The notes beneath the pieces were generated by a model. The model searched no databases. It was not told the origin of the DNA and was given only the letters and a program-made list of their open reading frames with translations. A stretch of DNA of 64,000 nucleotides, from the NCBI GenBank assembly GCA_963792415.1, contig CAWBVY010000008.1:32001-96000 (forward strand), read 5' to 3'. Each line of letters opens with the position of its first letter. Positions within the stretch are counted from its first letter, which is position 1. The translations under genes were made by a program, and so were the position numbers. The DNA is from Candidatus Deferrimicrobiaceae bacterium (GTDB lineage: Bacteria > Desulfobacterota > Deferrimicrobia > Deferrimicrobiales > Deferrimicrobiaceae). Positions 62,628-64,000 of this stretch are shown here, piece by piece.

Positions 62628-63605
62628 TTGAATCGATCCGCCTCCATCGACCCGGCGGTGTGGGCACGGAACGCGCTTGCAGCGGCGCTTGCGTTCGGGC
62701 TGCTGCTGGCCGCTTCGCCGGCGGCGTGCCTCGATTCCACGGTGATCGGAATCAGCCTCCAGGAGCGTGTGAACGGCGCTCTGGCGATGATGCAGTACTC
62801 CATTTCCCCCGACGTGACCAGCTCTTCCCTTTCGATCAGTTCCGGGGAAGGAGGCACCAACGGGATGTTCATAACGCAGTTCGGCGGCGGTTTCACCTGG
62901 AGCAAGTCGCTCCCGCTCTATCTGGAAGGGAACGCCGCGTTCAGCCGCTACGACCCCGTGTTCATCGCTAGCGACGGTACCCTGCAGCGACCGGTGCCGG
63001 TGCAATGGAACAGCATGGTGGGTACTGCAGGCGTCGGTTGGGATTTCCGGATCGGGAAGGAGCTCGTTCTGCGTCCTATCGGCAACTTCTCGCTCGGGCG
63101 CGTGACGAGCGATCTTCGCATCGCCGGGCGCGTTATCGAGGGCGAGACAGGCCGGGAGATCGAATTCCTGAGGCACGGTCAACTCAACGCGGTGGGCTAC
63201 GGCGGATCGTTGATGCTCGACTACGAACATTATCGCGAGGCGCACGATATCGACGTTGAGGTCCGGTTGACGAACGTCTGGCTGCAGAGCTACGGCGGCA
63301 CGTCGGAGGCGGTGCAGGGGTTGGCGCTGGCGGAGAGCCTGGGGATATGGACCCGATGGCGCGCCCCCACCGGGCTTCGGTCGCTGGACCGCCCGGTCCG
63401 GTACGTCCTGGAGTACGCCTTCACGCGCTATTTCGGGCCGGACGGGGACATGCTGGGCTTCAATAACCTGAACTCCGTCGGCGCCGGCCTCGAACTCGAT
63501 GCCAGCGCGCTGGAGAGGTGGGCCACGCGGTGGCGCCTGATCGGCCGGTATCGGTTCGGGCAGAACGTGAGCGGGTGGGGTGTCAGTCTAGGGATCAGCT
63601 TCTAG
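62628..63605 (+). CDS. Outer-membrane beta-barrel protein (solitary autotransporter-barrel-like)
   Basis: Signal-like N-terminus, beta-strand pattern, ends GVSLGISF; start uncertain. Confidence 0.7.
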   Translation: MNRSASIDPAVWARNALAAALAFGLLLAASPAACLDSTVIGISLQERVNGALAMMQYSISPDVTSSSLSISSGEGGTNGMFITQFGGGFTWSKSLPLYLEGNAAFSRYDPVFIASDGTLQRPVPVQWNSMVGTAGVGWDFRIGKELVLRPIGNFSLGRVTSDLRIAGRVIEGETGREIEFLRHGQLNAVGYGGSLMLDYEHYREAHDIDVEVRLTNVWLQSYGGTSEAVQGLALAESLGIWTRWRAPTGLRSLDRPVRYVLEYAFTRYFGPDGDMLGFNNLNSVGAGLELDASALERWATRWRLIGRYRFGQNVSGWGVSLGISF

Positions 63606-64000
63606 CATCGCTCCGAAACAGTTTTCCGACAGGGGATTCCATCGCTCGTCGCGGCAGACGGGAATCATGCCGCGGCTCCGGAGCAACCGGTTCGGCGATG
63701 CCGAAAAACACCAGGGCAAGCAGGGTAAGAACGCTGACGGACAGCCATAGGGTAACGCCCTGCAACAGGGGCCGCACTCCGACATACCTCAGCACCTCCC
63801 TGCTCAATCCTGCGCCGATCAGAAACAGCGTCACCACCAGGCACTGTTTCGCGACGGTCGCCAGTCCATCCCAGAAAGCTCCATGCTGCGGCAGCACGGT
63901 TCTTATCGCGGCGGCCAGGACGAATCCGATGATGAACAGAGGTACTTTGGCTCTCGTTTCCGATTTCTTGAGCAGTGCCGCCCCGAGGACGATGGGTGTG
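63595..64000 (-). CDS. YeiH/putative sulfate exporter family membrane protein, C-terminal part (starts beyond the window)
   Basis: VPLFIIGFVLAA...LVVTLFLIGAGLS...GVRPLLQGVTLW. Confidence 0.8.
   Translation of the reverse strand, partial: TPIVLGAALLKKSETRAKVPLFIIGFVLAAAIRTVLPQHGAFWDGLATVAKQCLVVTLFLIGAGLSREVLRYVGVRPLLQGVTLWLSVSVLTLLALVFFGIAEPVAPEPRHDSRLPRRAMESPVGKLFRSDARS

Overview
GC-rich bacterial chromosomal window. Gene content (Sec-type FdhAB, sigma-54 regulation, multiheme cytochrome) suggests a Desulfobacterota/'deltaproteobacterial' organism; this is inference only. Four blocks: (1) 1-31 kb, envelope/accessory cluster (outer-membrane barrels, PLD, arylsulfatase + HAD, octaheme cytochrome-HEAT-TPR protein, two MscS channels, TAXI, AsmA-like + Omp85 barrel, Ysc84, RelBE, AI-2E, RND pump); (2) 31-41.6 kb, DASS transporter and ackA-pta-zwf-edd-eda-glk; (3) 41.6-52 kb, GAF/sigma-54 activator followed by an enhancer/IHF/-24/-12 promoter and a formate dehydrogenase operon; (4) 52-64 kb, GH63-GH13-glucose dehydrogenase-GH15-aquaporin operon, lipoproteins and a degenerate tRNA 3' end. 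Best finding: a gene hidden from the ORF track at 43891-44775. It encodes a Tat-exported C-GCAxxG-C-C / split-Soret-like diheme cytochrome c whose first putative metal-ligand Cys is an in-frame UGA followed by a SECIS-like hairpin. It lies directly upstream of a Sec-FDH that has no FdnI membrane subunit in the operon, so there are two putative selenoproteins in tandem. Many genes carry single-base insertions that look like long-read assembly errors, so reconstructed genes need read-level confirmation. All family calls come from motif recognition, not database searches.
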